Shown here: piece by piece, positions 50,347 through 63,102 of the stretch
How positions within the stretch are numbered: the stretch's first letter is position 1
Layout: every line of letters begins with the position of its first letter
Source of the DNA: Calcarisporiella thermophila CBS 279.70
Taxonomy: Eukaryota; Fungi; Calcarisporiellomycota
NCBI RefSeq assembly: GCF_041956535.1
Contig: NW_027192232.1
Location: 1-64,000, forward strand
DNA length: 64,000 nt
Direction of reading: 5' to 3'
Program-made: the position numbers and the translations under genes
Notes under the pieces: generated by a model
What the model was told of the DNA's origin: nothing
Seen by the model: the letters and a program-made list of their open reading frames with translations, nothing else
The model's database searches: none

Positions 50347-51540
50347 ATGAACCCCATTGACGCCGTGGTCCAGCTTCCACTTGAAGAGCGTTCCCAATAC
50401 ACCGCTGCCCTTCGCTACTTCCTCTCCACAGCCCCGGGCGCTTGCTCCGCCACGGCGCCCTATCAAACCTTCAAACTCCCCACGGGGGACAAGATCACTT
50501 GCGTTTTCCACAACGATATACCTTTTGTTTCGGCGCCCGACATCTTGCGTATACTGTACTGTCGCTTTGCGCTTCTGGGACGGCAAGTGATAGACCTGCG
50601 GAAATTCGAGGAGGGCATCCAAAGCGATCTGCGCCACCTTCAGGTGGGTCTGTCCGCGACTCTCGAGGAAACAAGGTCGCCGCTCCTCCAACTTCTGCAC
50701 TGCAAGGGGAGTATAAAAACGCTCAAGAGGCAGAAGGTCTATTTCTGGTTCGCAGTGCCGTATGACAGGCTGTTCCTGGACGCGCTGGAGAGGGATATCC
50801 GGCGAGAGAGGAGAGGGATGGCCACAACCAGCATTGCCTTGGCTGAGCCCGCAACCCGCGTGAGCATGGACCGAACCGACGCCCGATTTTTCGAGCTGAG
50901 AAAGGAGCTGCTGGGCGACGAGGGCGCCTCCCATTTAGCCGGCGTGGCGGAGGGGGAGTCGTTTTTGGAGCAGCTAGAGGAGGCGAAATCGGCCACCGCG
51001 TTTTCCCTTTCGCCGACCTCGACCGTTACCCACGAGGACGAGAGGGAGAATCCCGCCCTCTCGTTCAAAGATACTCTCCCGGACCTCTCTCCCACCACCT
51101 CGGACTATAACCCGGCCGTTTGCTCGTTTGACAAGCGGGCCTCATCCCTTATGTTTTCCCCCATGGATTATTTTTCGCCCCTAATACCCTCGCTGCCCAT
51201 CCTCCAACCCGAATCCCCCGAAAAACTCTCCGAGCCGCCGCTACCAACCCACGACCGCCCGCACGTCTGCCCCCACGAGGGATGCAGAAAGGCCTTCAAG
51301 CGGCTGCAGCACTACAAGCGCCACCAGCGCACCCACACCAACCTCCGCCCATTCGTGTGCGAGACATGCGGGAGAGCGTTCGCCCGCTCCGACAGCCTAA
51401 CCGTCCACCAGCGGACGCATCAACGCAATAGCCTTCAGCCGAAGCAGGGCCATTTGGTGAATGCGCATGGTAACAAGCAGCCGATGGCGGGGGCCACGGA
51501 GCAGGAGTCCTTTGGAAATGTACAACTAATAAATTATTAA
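50347..51540 (+). CDS. STE12: STE12/SteA-type transcription factor (STE domain + two C2H2 fingers), divergent, intronless
   Basis: LRYFLSTAP, KFEEGIQSDLRHL, KTLKRQKVYFWFAVPYDRLFLDALERD; CPHEGCRKAFKRLQHYKRHQRTH and CETCGRAFARSDSLTVHQRTH. Confidence 0.92.
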   Translation: MNPIDAVVQLPLEERSQYTAALRYFLSTAPGACSATAPYQTFKLPTGDKITCVFHNDIPFVSAPDILRILYCRFALLGRQVIDLRKFEEGIQSDLRHLQVGLSATLEETRSPLLQLLHCKGSIKTLKRQKVYFWFAVPYDRLFLDALERDIRRERRGMATTSIALAEPATRVSMDRTDARFFELRKELLGDEGASHLAGVAEGESFLEQLEEAKSATAFSLSPTSTVTHEDERENPALSFKDTLPDLSPTTSDYNPAVCSFDKRASSLMFSPMDYFSPLIPSLPILQPESPEKLSEPPLPTHDRPHVCPHEGCRKAFKRLQHYKRHQRTHTNLRPFVCETCGRAFARSDSLTVHQRTHQRNSLQPKQGHLVNAHGNKQPMAGATEQESFGNVQLINY

Positions 51541-51679
51541 GAAGAAGTTGATTTTATTCATTCTACAAGAATTCAGAAGTAGAAGATAGTTAGATGAGAG
51601 AAAAGAGAGGAAGAAATGTAAGAAAAGTGCTGCCGAAATAAAAATCCAGAAAGAGTTAGCGGCCTCTGGCGCCCGGCCC

Positions 51680-53183
<1,504 letters not shown>

Positions 53184-53386
53184 GGTTTGATCAAAGGGTA
53201 GAATAAATCAGCGAAACGACGCGTTGATATTCAAGGTAGCATGCGTAATACTGATGGAATCGTCACTGTATGATATCACTCAAATTTTCAACAAGCTTCT
53301 ATCACTCGCTAACCTTAACTCTTTCTTTACAAAAAGCCCATCTCTTTCCAATTCCCTTTCCTAATTTATTAGTCGCCCATACAGAA

Positions 53387-54136
53387 ATGGCCAAAAAAAA
53401 GAAACACGATCTTCCCCTTCACAAGGTTATCATGGTAGGTCCCGGAGGGGTTGGTAAGAGTGCGCTCACCCTACAGTACATGTACGGTGATTTCGTGGAG
53501 GAGTACGACCCGACAAAGGCCGACTCTTACCGCAAGAAAGTCATGTTGGATGGGCAAGAGTGCCAAATCGATATTCTCGATACGGCCGGGCAAGGTAACG
53601 TTAATCATTCAGATGAGACGCCTGCTAAGGAAAGGAGAGAGCCCATACTAATTGATATCTCATGAATTGTTCAAATGACCGCGAACAGAGGAGTATGCGG
53701 CGGTAAGCTTTTCAAACTCTCTTTTTATCCTTTTTCTCCCCATCTCCACTCTAAATGCGCCTCCCAAGCTTAGATCCGTGACAATTATTATCGCTCTGGT
53801 GAGGGCTTCCTGTGCGTCTTTTCCGTGTGCGAGCATGAATCCTTTGAGCACACTCAAGAGTTCCGGGATCAAATACTCCGTGTGTTGGACGATGAAGCCA
53901 TTCCTTTCATCCTTGTTGGCAATAAGGTTGATCTTGCGCACCTGCGGAAGGTGACGACTGAGGAGGCTAAGACACGGGCAAGCGAATGGGGTTGCCCTTA
54001 CGTCGAAACATCCGCGAAAACCCGCCAAGGCGTGGATGAGGTGTACACACAGCTTATGAGAATGATTAGGGATCGAAAAGATATGGCACGGGAGAGAGAA
54101 CGAAAAGCAAAGAAGGGCAAGTGCATTATTCTTTAA
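53387..54136 (+). CDS. RAL: Ral-type Ras-family small GTPase
   Basis: [20 protein letters not shown], effector loop [14 protein letters not shown]|EEYAA|[12 protein letters not shown] (14-nt micro-exon 53689-53702), NKVD, ETSAK, polybasic tail + CaaX CIIL. Confidence 0.9.
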
Positions 54137-54766
54137 GTGCTGTCCCCCTTTTTTTCTTCTCTTTCTTTCTTTCTTTTCTCTCTAACTTGACTATAGAATT
54201 GTTTTTATTGTTGTAACCACATTTTATATTCTCACCACTTTCTTTCCTTTTTCTAGTGGCAAGTTTTTTTAGGTGTGTTGGTGAGAGTGATTTTATAGTC
54301 TTCTAAATAATTTTTCTTTTTCTATTTTCTTTCTTTCTTTCTTTCTTTTTTTTTTTTTATTTTCTTTTTTGCTTTTGTTTGCTTATCTAGATAATATTCT
54401 ATACTCTTTTATTGTTTTCTTTTTCTTCCTTTCAACCTATTCCCTACAATTTTTTTTTGTTGTTCTCGCTCTTGTCTTTGAGCTAGATCGCTCTCTTTGA
54501 AATATTTCATTCTATCCTAACGTATCCGATCCACTGTTAAAAAGTCGTCCAAGGTGCAGCTGAAACAGTCAAAAAAAAACTTAAATGTTTTATCTAATAG
54601 TTTGTGCGGTTATTTACAAATATAAGTATTAAACGTAATGAAAACTGTATAGATATGGATAAATATATAGCTATAAAATCCGGAGGAATTACGAGGAATT
54701 CAGATAGCTATAGAAAAAAAAAAAAAGAAGAGAGAGAGAAAGCTATGAACAATAAAAGAAATAGTA

Positions 54767-57058
54767 TTAGAAGTCATTGTAGTTAGAAGCTGTAGGGGTG
54801 AATGAAACAGAAGAGGTAGAGTCCGAGGTTGGATGTGAGCGGGAGAGGTCGTCGCCAAATATCTTAGAGGGCAGAGCGGGAGAGCCCATCATTTTGGGCC
54901 GCTTATCAATGGACTCCTCGTTAAACTGCAGGGGAGGAAGACGAATTCGCCCGACATCGTCCTGCCAATGTCTAATAGGGAGCACATTTTGGGTGGTGGA
55001 GAGAAGAGAGGGTGGTTTTTCGGTGATAGGTGCTAATGGAGACGACATAGTGATTCCTTGCGAGGGTTGGGTGGGATCCGGGTGAGATTGAGAGGGATCG
55101 ACCCGAAGGGGATCCAGCTTAGGATAAGCGAGTGGGGTGAACGGATGAAGGGGGGATGCATCAGAGGTCAAGGGAGTTGTGTGCCGTAGAGCTAAGGGTG
55201 GGCGAGGGTGAGATGAAGAGAGAGGGTGAAATGGAAAGGCGTTTAATGGAGAAGCTACGGGCGAAGAGGAGGAGGAGAGGGGCAAGGAAGATGCGGAAGG
55301 GTAATATGATGCTGTTACAATGGAGAAGGAGGAGAGGGGGGGGGAGTGTGAGTCACCAGAAGAAAGCGATTGAATGTTTTTAGCTTACCAGACGTGTTTG
55401 GTAAAGTAGACTCTCTTGTTGCGAGATGCATTACTGGTGCTTCTCCCATCTTCAATAATGCTCCCGCAGCCGCAACTTTGTCGGCTACAGCTGAGTCTGA
55501 AAATGACTCGGAATCCATTTCGGGAACCTGATGGAGTTTAGAGACGTGGGATAGTGTGGAGGGCGGGTTGTCCGTATTGGATTCACAGGATTTCGGGAGT
55601 TGGTTAGAGCACGAGGAATTGGGTGCAAGTTCACTACTGTTGTAACCGCTGTCAGGAGGATCTCTATCCATTGCAGCATATAAGTTCGGAGTTATAGGTG
55701 CTAGTGCAGGTTTTGGATCGGCAATCGCACTCGAATCTGGGGGTGCGGACACCAGAGGACTGGGTTGTTCTTCGCTTTCGGGAGATACTGTTAGGAAAAA
55801 AAAAATTAGCTGATGGACATTATCGACAGTGATAGATGAGGAGAGAGCCACACCTTTTTTACGTTTCGTAGTTTCCGTCAATTTGGACACTCTTCTTTTA
55901 CTTGACTTTTGCTCCCGGTTAGAAGGGCTGTTGGTTCGTCCTGGGTGTTTCCTAGTCATCATCAAAAAGCGTCATTAATATCAATGCGAGAGGATCGGCA
56001 TTTAAATGCAAGTGAGTCAGAAAGAAACGAGGGCAATGGAGGTCAAGCCAAGCATAAAATTGGATACATACAGAGGAATTCGATGTTCTTTGCGGATCTT
56101 GATCTTCACACCTTGATCGGCGAAAGAGCGCGATAAAAAAGTGGACTCAGCCATCCCGGGAAAATCTTTCTGCATGAATACTGTAAAGGGATCAGAGCAG
56201 GCGGATTGGATATGTAAGACCTCATTCCTAATAGTAATCGATAGAAGTTAGAGTTAATTCATGACTAGGGGGTGTGGCCATTAGTGTGGCCGCGGACTCA
56301 TTTGGTGGATATATTTACAATGTGATTTGAAATAAGCTGAATTTGAGGCGATAGCGACCTTCGACGCACACCGATAGATCTCCAAACACAAAAAAGCCTC
56401 CGTCTAAAATAAAGTAGGAGTATTAACGCACAGAGGCTTAGATATAGGTACATAAGGAATTGGATCGCAACTTGTAATAATACCCGTATTATCGACGTCC
56501 TTCAGCCGATGCAGCGATGATACCACATTACCCAGAAGCGGCCTTTGTGGACCTGTCATGATGTCTTGATCGCTATCCGCTTCCACCAAATTTACGCACA
56601 TAAAATAATACGGACTCTGCAAAAAGCGTCTGGACAAAAGATGGACAAATTAGCGAGTTAAGTTAAAATGTTTAGAGGACAGGTGGGAAATCCAGCTAAA
56701 ATTTACTGTATCTCTCCGGTAGATGTGTTGTTTAGTATGATTTGAACAATGGGGGGAGGATCGACTGGTCGACGATCTAGGGGAGTCTCTTAGCAATTGC
56801 TTGAAAAATAAATTAACTATAAACTACCTTTGTCAGAGAAAGTACACACGCACGCTTGTTTTGGTTGCTGGCGAATGACCAGCGTATATCTTGCACTGAT
56901 TAACACGTACAATCAGTATTGATTGGATAATAAGGAAAGGTCCGGGTTAGGGGTACTTACGGATCAATTCCAAAGAGCTCATGGTCAGCAGCATCGACAA
57001 AGCTGTACGCTTGTCGTAGGGCGGAAGCTCTCTTATCAGATTTCGGTTCACTCCCCAT
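54767..57058 (-). CDS. Velvet-domain regulator (VosA-like), multi-exon
   Basis: Spliced [86 protein letters not shown]; S/P-rich C-terminus. Confidence 0.9.
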
Positions 57059-57431
57059 CCGAAATGGTTTTGATTAACTGACACTACCGATGTTGATCAA
57101 TATTAACCAGCTAGTTAAAATTTAAGAATAAAGCGTAACATCTAAAATATGGTTCCCAAAAGAGTAATATATAGAGTAAAAAGCCGATTGATGGAAAAGA
57201 GAATAAATGAAAGGCAAATGACGCTTCAGCTATTTTGCTTCAGCAAACATGACTTTAAAAGAGTTAAAATTCGTATTTTTCAAATGAGGAGAAATTGGTA
57301 AATGGCTCTCTTAAAAAATTCGATTTTTTGTACACCCTACAATACGTCACATCGTCCATTTTTTTCGTGGCTTAGAAACCAAATATAAGGATTGTTCAAA
57401 TTCACATTCAACTTGAACTGTTCTAGAGCAG

Positions 57432-58681
57432 ATGGAAGCGACGGCTGCTGCGGACTTTTTTTCGCATTTCCGCACAGAGAGACAAGGTAATCCATCCCGA
57501 GAATAATGCGGCTTTAACCTTCCCACTTCCTGAGCCTCACCTTGCTCTTTCTTCGCCTCGATAATCTTGCAGACATCAGCCGACTTATCCAGTCACTCGA
57601 TGCTGGCTCGCAGATTGCCCTAAGCCAGCAATGCGATGCTATCCTCCAGCGCATAAGTGAGCTGGAGAAGCGCGTAACTGCTGCCATTATTTTCCTCCCC
57701 ACTTATGACCAACAATCCTATGCCTTGGTAACCATTTGGCTTATTGACACCAATGCTCCTTATTACGAATCTTATTGTTTTACTCCTATCGTTTAGCAAT
57801 TGAAGGAGCTGTCGGATCAGCTCAATACACGTCGAAACCAGTTGAGCCCCCGAGAAAAATTTTCGTTCAAATCGAAACGACATAGAAGAAAGGATAGAGA
57901 AGAAGAGAAAGTAATACCGAATACGGAGAAGGAATCTTCCAAATGTAACATTTCGAGTCTTCCTCTGCTTCACAAAGTTTTGCTCAATGATTAGCGATGC
58001 ATTTTAACCGGTTCCTGCTATAGCTATCACCCAAGAAACTAAGCTTGATGCGTCTTTTTTGATATCTAATCTTACCCATCAATATGTCCATATATCTCCT
58101 CCCTCTTCGGCCGCTCCCACCGATTGTGCATTGGTAAATCTAACCGATTGCATTGTCAATCTCTTGAGCACACGCCTCTCAGCTCTGCACATACGAAGTC
58201 TTCGACGCTGCGTGGTAATTTCGTCACCTGTATCCAGCTCGGTGCTTGTTAGTGAGTGCGAAGAATGTGTCATGATACTTGCTTGCCATCAGTTTCGCAT
58301 GCACAATTCATGGAGAGTGGATGTTCGTTTGCACGTGAACAGTCAGCCAATCATCGAGGATTGCCAGAGGGTTCGGTTTGGACGATATTGTATTAAGGAC
58401 ACAAGCCGGCTATTTGAGGTATAGCGAATGATGCCAATCTGCACGGATTCTTGAATTAATGTTTGCCGCAAATTATCCAGGAATCAGGGTTGGACTCCAC
58501 GCCTAACCAGCTTTATACCCAAGTAAGAGATTTCAAGTGGTTGCGACGTGATCCATCCCCCAATTGGTCGTTGATCGAAGAGAACGAAGACCACGAAAGA
58601 ATACTCGACATCTCGCATCGTGAGATAAAGGCGCTGAATTACGACGAGGCACTACTAGAAATGCTGAAAACACTTGATTAG
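57432..58681 (+). CDS. TBCC: Tubulin-specific chaperone C (TBCC/Cin2)
   Basis: FLPTYDQ, PREKFSFKSK, beta-helix with ACHQFRMHNS, SQPIIEDC, VRDFKWLRRDPSPNW. Confidence 0.92.
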
Positions 58682-60005
58682 AGAACGATATTCTCACTCG
58701 TTTGCGAAGTTTCCAAGTATCCAGAGGGGGGTTGTCCGTTAGCGTGATCCACTCCGCATAATGCTCGAGAATTTTATTTTAAACCTCTTGATAGTATTCG
58801 CATTCAAAGTATCCACACAAGATAGGGACGATATTCGATTTGCTCAGTTTTCTATTGTCCCGCTCTTGTTTTCCTGTTTAATAGAAGCTATTTTTAATAT
58901 TATTATTCAGCCTCGCCATCCTCACACACCTTATTGATTTAGTGGTTGAGGTTTTCGGCATACTCAAAAATAGAGTGCGCAACAGAATATGCCTCTCAGG
59001 ATGCAACTCAGTCAATGTGAGTCAAAATCGTAGTTGCATACTGATTATTGGCATTGGCCTTCTCCTTAAATCCGCATAGGAGGCATGTAATCCAAAGTTT
59101 ATTAGAGACTCATCAATTGGTTGTGCTGCTCCGCAGCTAACCAAGAAAATCCACGGATATATATTACTTTGTGCATTTCCACCAATTTCCATTGTAGCAA
59201 CCATATTGGACGAGGCTGCACAATACCAGAAAGCAGCAGTGGAAACACCACATTCCCAGAGTAACAATACCAGACGTCTAATATTGCCTTTTCATTCACA
59301 AGAATCGCAGGGTTGGCTGTTTTTGCTCAATCTCGTGCACGGCATGCTCTATTGACGAGAGTTAGACTATGCTGACTTCAAATGGTCAATCCCCCACGGG
59401 ATTTGAATCAACTCAGGGTCGCCTTTGTTATTATTTCGGTCAATTCCCAAATTGCCGTATGCCTCGAGGTCGGGCTTGTATCACGGACCTGGTCATATCG
59501 CGTCCCTCCCTTTGCACCAGTCTATTTCAGACCTGTCTTCCAGTGAAGCTTGGACAGGGGAAGAGTTGGGTTCCGCCGCAAATGGCCAGGTAGTAATTCG
59601 ATGACGTTTCAGTCGACTTTGGGCCGGGAGCAACTAATGCAAATGCGGTTCAATTAAGCCCTTCACCACTTTTTGATTCCAGTTGATTTTTCCAGCCTTA
59701 TATGGGAGTGCCCTCTCTTAATATAGAACTCTTGCATTTGCATTTCAGCCGCAGTTGAAAGTCCGAGGTAGTATCTCATTCTCGTAGGTGCAGTTTATTT
59801 TCTTTTTTATTTCATCGGATCAGCTTTCTGACCTCTCTGCTTAATTCATACTATACCTCAGCATTTCAAGCAGCTATTTCTTTTATTTGAAATAGCACCA
59901 CTTAGAGTGCAGGCGTTGATACCCCGTGCGTTTATGTCATCCTAGGCATAACATCGCTTATTAGAGAATCGTCTGCTCTCCATTATTTTTTTTTATTTTG
60001 TAATC

Positions 60006-60917
60006 ATGCGATTGCCCACACGCATCTTTCGATTCTCCCAGCCCTCACAATCCCGATCCCAATCACCCACCGCTACCACCTCTACCACCATCTCATCTCC
60101 TCCCTCTTCCTCCCTCGATACAAGGCCACATCATCAAATCCAATCCTCTAGACAGCCGTTGAGGCACTCTTTACACTCTTACACTCCATCTCTAAAAAAG
60201 GTCCAGTCTAATCCAGATGTTAGTTTCGTACGTGCAGTTCGCCTGTTGCAACTTGAGCGCGAGCGGCTGGAACATCATCCCGAGCGGAACAATCCATTTC
60301 TGGAGCTCGAACGGGAGCTCCGAGATCGCGCCATTTTTGTCGGATGGAGGATAAGCCGGACACTTGCTGCGGCATGTTCGAACATTCGAGAGGAGGAGAA
60401 TAAGCAATTGGTAAAATCAACCGTCGGTCGACTTTTTACCTATTACCATGTGCGTGATGTAGAGACTACATTGAGAGAACAAGTGATGCTGGAGCTTGAA
60501 AGCGAGGCGAGTTCCTTGGGACTTGACATAAAGCACACTGGCGTTGCGGAAGCGATCTATGCCGTGAAGTACACTCTAGATGTGCTCTACCCGCGCAAGT
60601 GGTCGCTCACCGAGATGAGTTCTCTACTGAGACGTGCAAGCGAGTGTGTTCGCGAGTGCATAGAGAGTGAAACACGACTGACTCCTGCAGAAAGAGAGTG
60701 CATGTTTGTGTTTCATCGGTTGAAGAGCGGAATAGATTGGGACCGAGAGCCAGTGGAGCCTATTGCTAAGGAGCTTGTACGAGCGACGGAAGAAATAAGG
60801 CTCTTAGAGGAAGTGGTGCCCGGCATCGATCACGGAAAGCGTGGACCAAAGTGGGAGATGGAGGGCATGGAGGACCTGATGGGACATCGCCCGCTCGTGG
60901 AAGTCAGTCTATTGTAA
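60006..60917 (+). CDS. Hypothetical protein, 303 aa, S/P-rich N-terminus plus helical domain
   Basis: Long single-exon ORF with coding-like composition between AT-rich flanks; no recognised motif. Confidence 0.7.
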   Translation: MRLPTRIFRFSQPSQSRSQSPTATTSTTISSPPSSSLDTRPHHQIQSSRQPLRHSLHSYTPSLKKVQSNPDVSFVRAVRLLQLERERLEHHPERNNPFLELERELRDRAIFVGWRISRTLAAACSNIREEENKQLVKSTVGRLFTYYHVRDVETTLREQVMLELESEASSLGLDIKHTGVAEAIYAVKYTLDVLYPRKWSLTEMSSLLRRASECVRECIESETRLTPAERECMFVFHRLKSGIDWDREPVEPIAKELVRATEEIRLLEEVVPGIDHGKRGPKWEMEGMEDLMGHRPLVEVSLL

Positions 60918-61579
60918 ACATTTTTTCCTGTCCCCCCCCCTAATTTATAGATCACCACGTCTTTTTTTATGCTTTACCCATTTGATGATATCATTTATTT
61001 TTCTCTTTTCTTTTCCTAATTTCTCTCCCGTGTCTTTCGTTTTTAATGCCCTTATTTCTTTTGATTGTGATATTGTTATAGATCGTCAATGGTATTCTTT
61101 CCGTTGATCTGGCATTTTCCTAGTCTCATTCGTTTTCCTCCCTATCTTGTCTATTTATCTACACCTCCACATATATATATTTACGTTGCGTTTAGAACAC
61201 TTTTGCTTACGCCCACAATCATGCTTATTTTCATTCCATAAATAAAAATAAACCAAAATTTCTAATTCATGCTTTTTGCTGCAATCGAATTTAGATTAAA
61301 ATTTAAAATTCGAATCTTCCTATCACGCAAGAAAAAGTTAAATGGTAGAGAAAATGAGTGATTAAAGCGAGGGAGATAGAAAAGGGTATCTGAGAATCTA
61401 TAGCAAGTTATTACAAATAACAAATAAAAAAAATGCTCTATAAATAAATAGTACTTTTAGGTTGTCGTGACGGGACAGACAACACATAACATAGTCTGAG
61501 CAAAGCCCTCCAATACTATAAGGCCATCGAATGAGGTAATGGGTGAAAGTAGAGTTCGGTTTGGCAGCGAGATCAGCAT

Positions 61580-61702
61580 CTAAAATGGACATGCCAGGTG
61601 CGCAGTATGTCGTCTTCCACACCGCGGGCAGACGGGAGGCTCGGGAAATACATCAGCGTGGACATGGGTGGCAAAGCGCTTCGAATCGGGAGAGGAACGC
61701 AT
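61580..61702 (-). CDS. Putative 40-aa microprotein with a CxxC-x3-H-x5-C motif
   Basis: MRSSPDSKRFATHVHADVFPEPPVCPRCGRRHTAHLACPF*; ACAATG start context; long CT-rich leader upstream. Confidence 0.4.
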   Translation of the reverse strand: MRSSPDSKRFATHVHADVFPEPPVCPRCGRRHTAHLACPF

Positions 61703-62809
61703 TGTCAGGTGTTTATTGAACTCGAGGGACAAAATGGCGTGCAATAAAGAAATATTGGGAAAGGCTTGAGTGCAGAGAGGGAGAAGAAGGAGGAAGAGGA
61801 GAAAGAATAAAAAAAGGGGTAGGGTGTGGTAAGAAGAGCAGCCTTTGAATTGCACAAACGCCGAGGGAGCGTCAAGAAGTTACCGAAGATATGGCTACAA
61901 AAATAAAACAGAAGAGAAAGGAAAGAAAGAGGTTCTAGAGCGCAATTTTAAATACCCTCATACCTATCTCTACCCGCTCTGAGCCTCGTATCCCCGATAG
62001 GTATAAACTAGAATAAAGGAAAAGGGTTTTTACTGAAACTATAAATCAAAAAGTATTACAAAAGGTTAATAAAGCAGTGGAAGGATGGATTTGGAACGAG
62101 GGGAAGGGGCACCCGTCAAACGATTGGTGGCGTAGCATGGCTAAGCACGTGTTATTAACTCTAATAGTGCGCTGCCTTATCGCGCGAGCGCGTCTGGCTG
62201 GCCCCGACGGGGCGACAAAATGAGAGACAATCCAATATGTAGATGCATAGCGGGCGAATGAATGTCGTCGGAGGGAGGGGAGGAGGAGGGAGGTAATCAA
62301 CTTGCATTCAATTTGGCTTGGCAGCGCACCCCAGATAAGCATAGATAGAGTATGCTGGTCAATAGCAATAGCGTGATTTCAGCATGTGAAAGTCAAATCA
62401 AATTCATGGAAATAACGTGTCATAGTGCTTTGGTAATACCGACAAGCACTAGCGATCTTCCTCTTTCTCTCTCTGTGTATCATTAACGTCAAACCAATGG
62501 AGAACTCCAGAAAAATTGCCGCGTCTGTCAAACTGCGACTGCTCGAGAAATTCGCGCGAAAGTACACCGGCCGAGGAGCGACCGCCTTACCCGGTCAATA
62601 TTATGATTCGACCCAGAACCGAACCGTCGATAGGCTTTGAACTCGGAGGGATTGTCTTACACCAGAGCATCCATTATAGAGACGCGCGGGGTATTTTGAC
62701 ACTCTTCTTTGAGCTAATATCGATCCAATCCAAATGGCCTAGGGAATGTGAAGGATGCTGTCCTCGCGCTGGATACTATGTAAAACAACTGGCCTTGTCG
62801 CACATAACA

Positions 62810-62832
62810 GAGACAGAGACAGAGACAGAGAG
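62810..62832 (+). repeat. (GAGACA)n microsatellite
   Basis: gagacagagacagagacagagag. Confidence 0.6.
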
Positions 62833-63102
62833 TTTAGGTTGAAAATCTAAGTGACATGGAGGATTGCGAAAAAGCTAATCGATGTCTGTCCCCTATGGGA
62901 GGAGTTTTGTTAAATAAGGCGATGTCACTTTGTTCTCACCCAGAACTTATTTTCTATTCCCCTCTCACGGGTGTGTCGAGTGAGCACGGTAAGAATCGGA
63001 TGAAAGATTTCAACGAGGACATTAAAGTTAAATTAAAGGTATATGCAACTACCAGATAAGATAAATGTATGTATATATTCTATTATCTCCAACACGAAAT
63101 CT

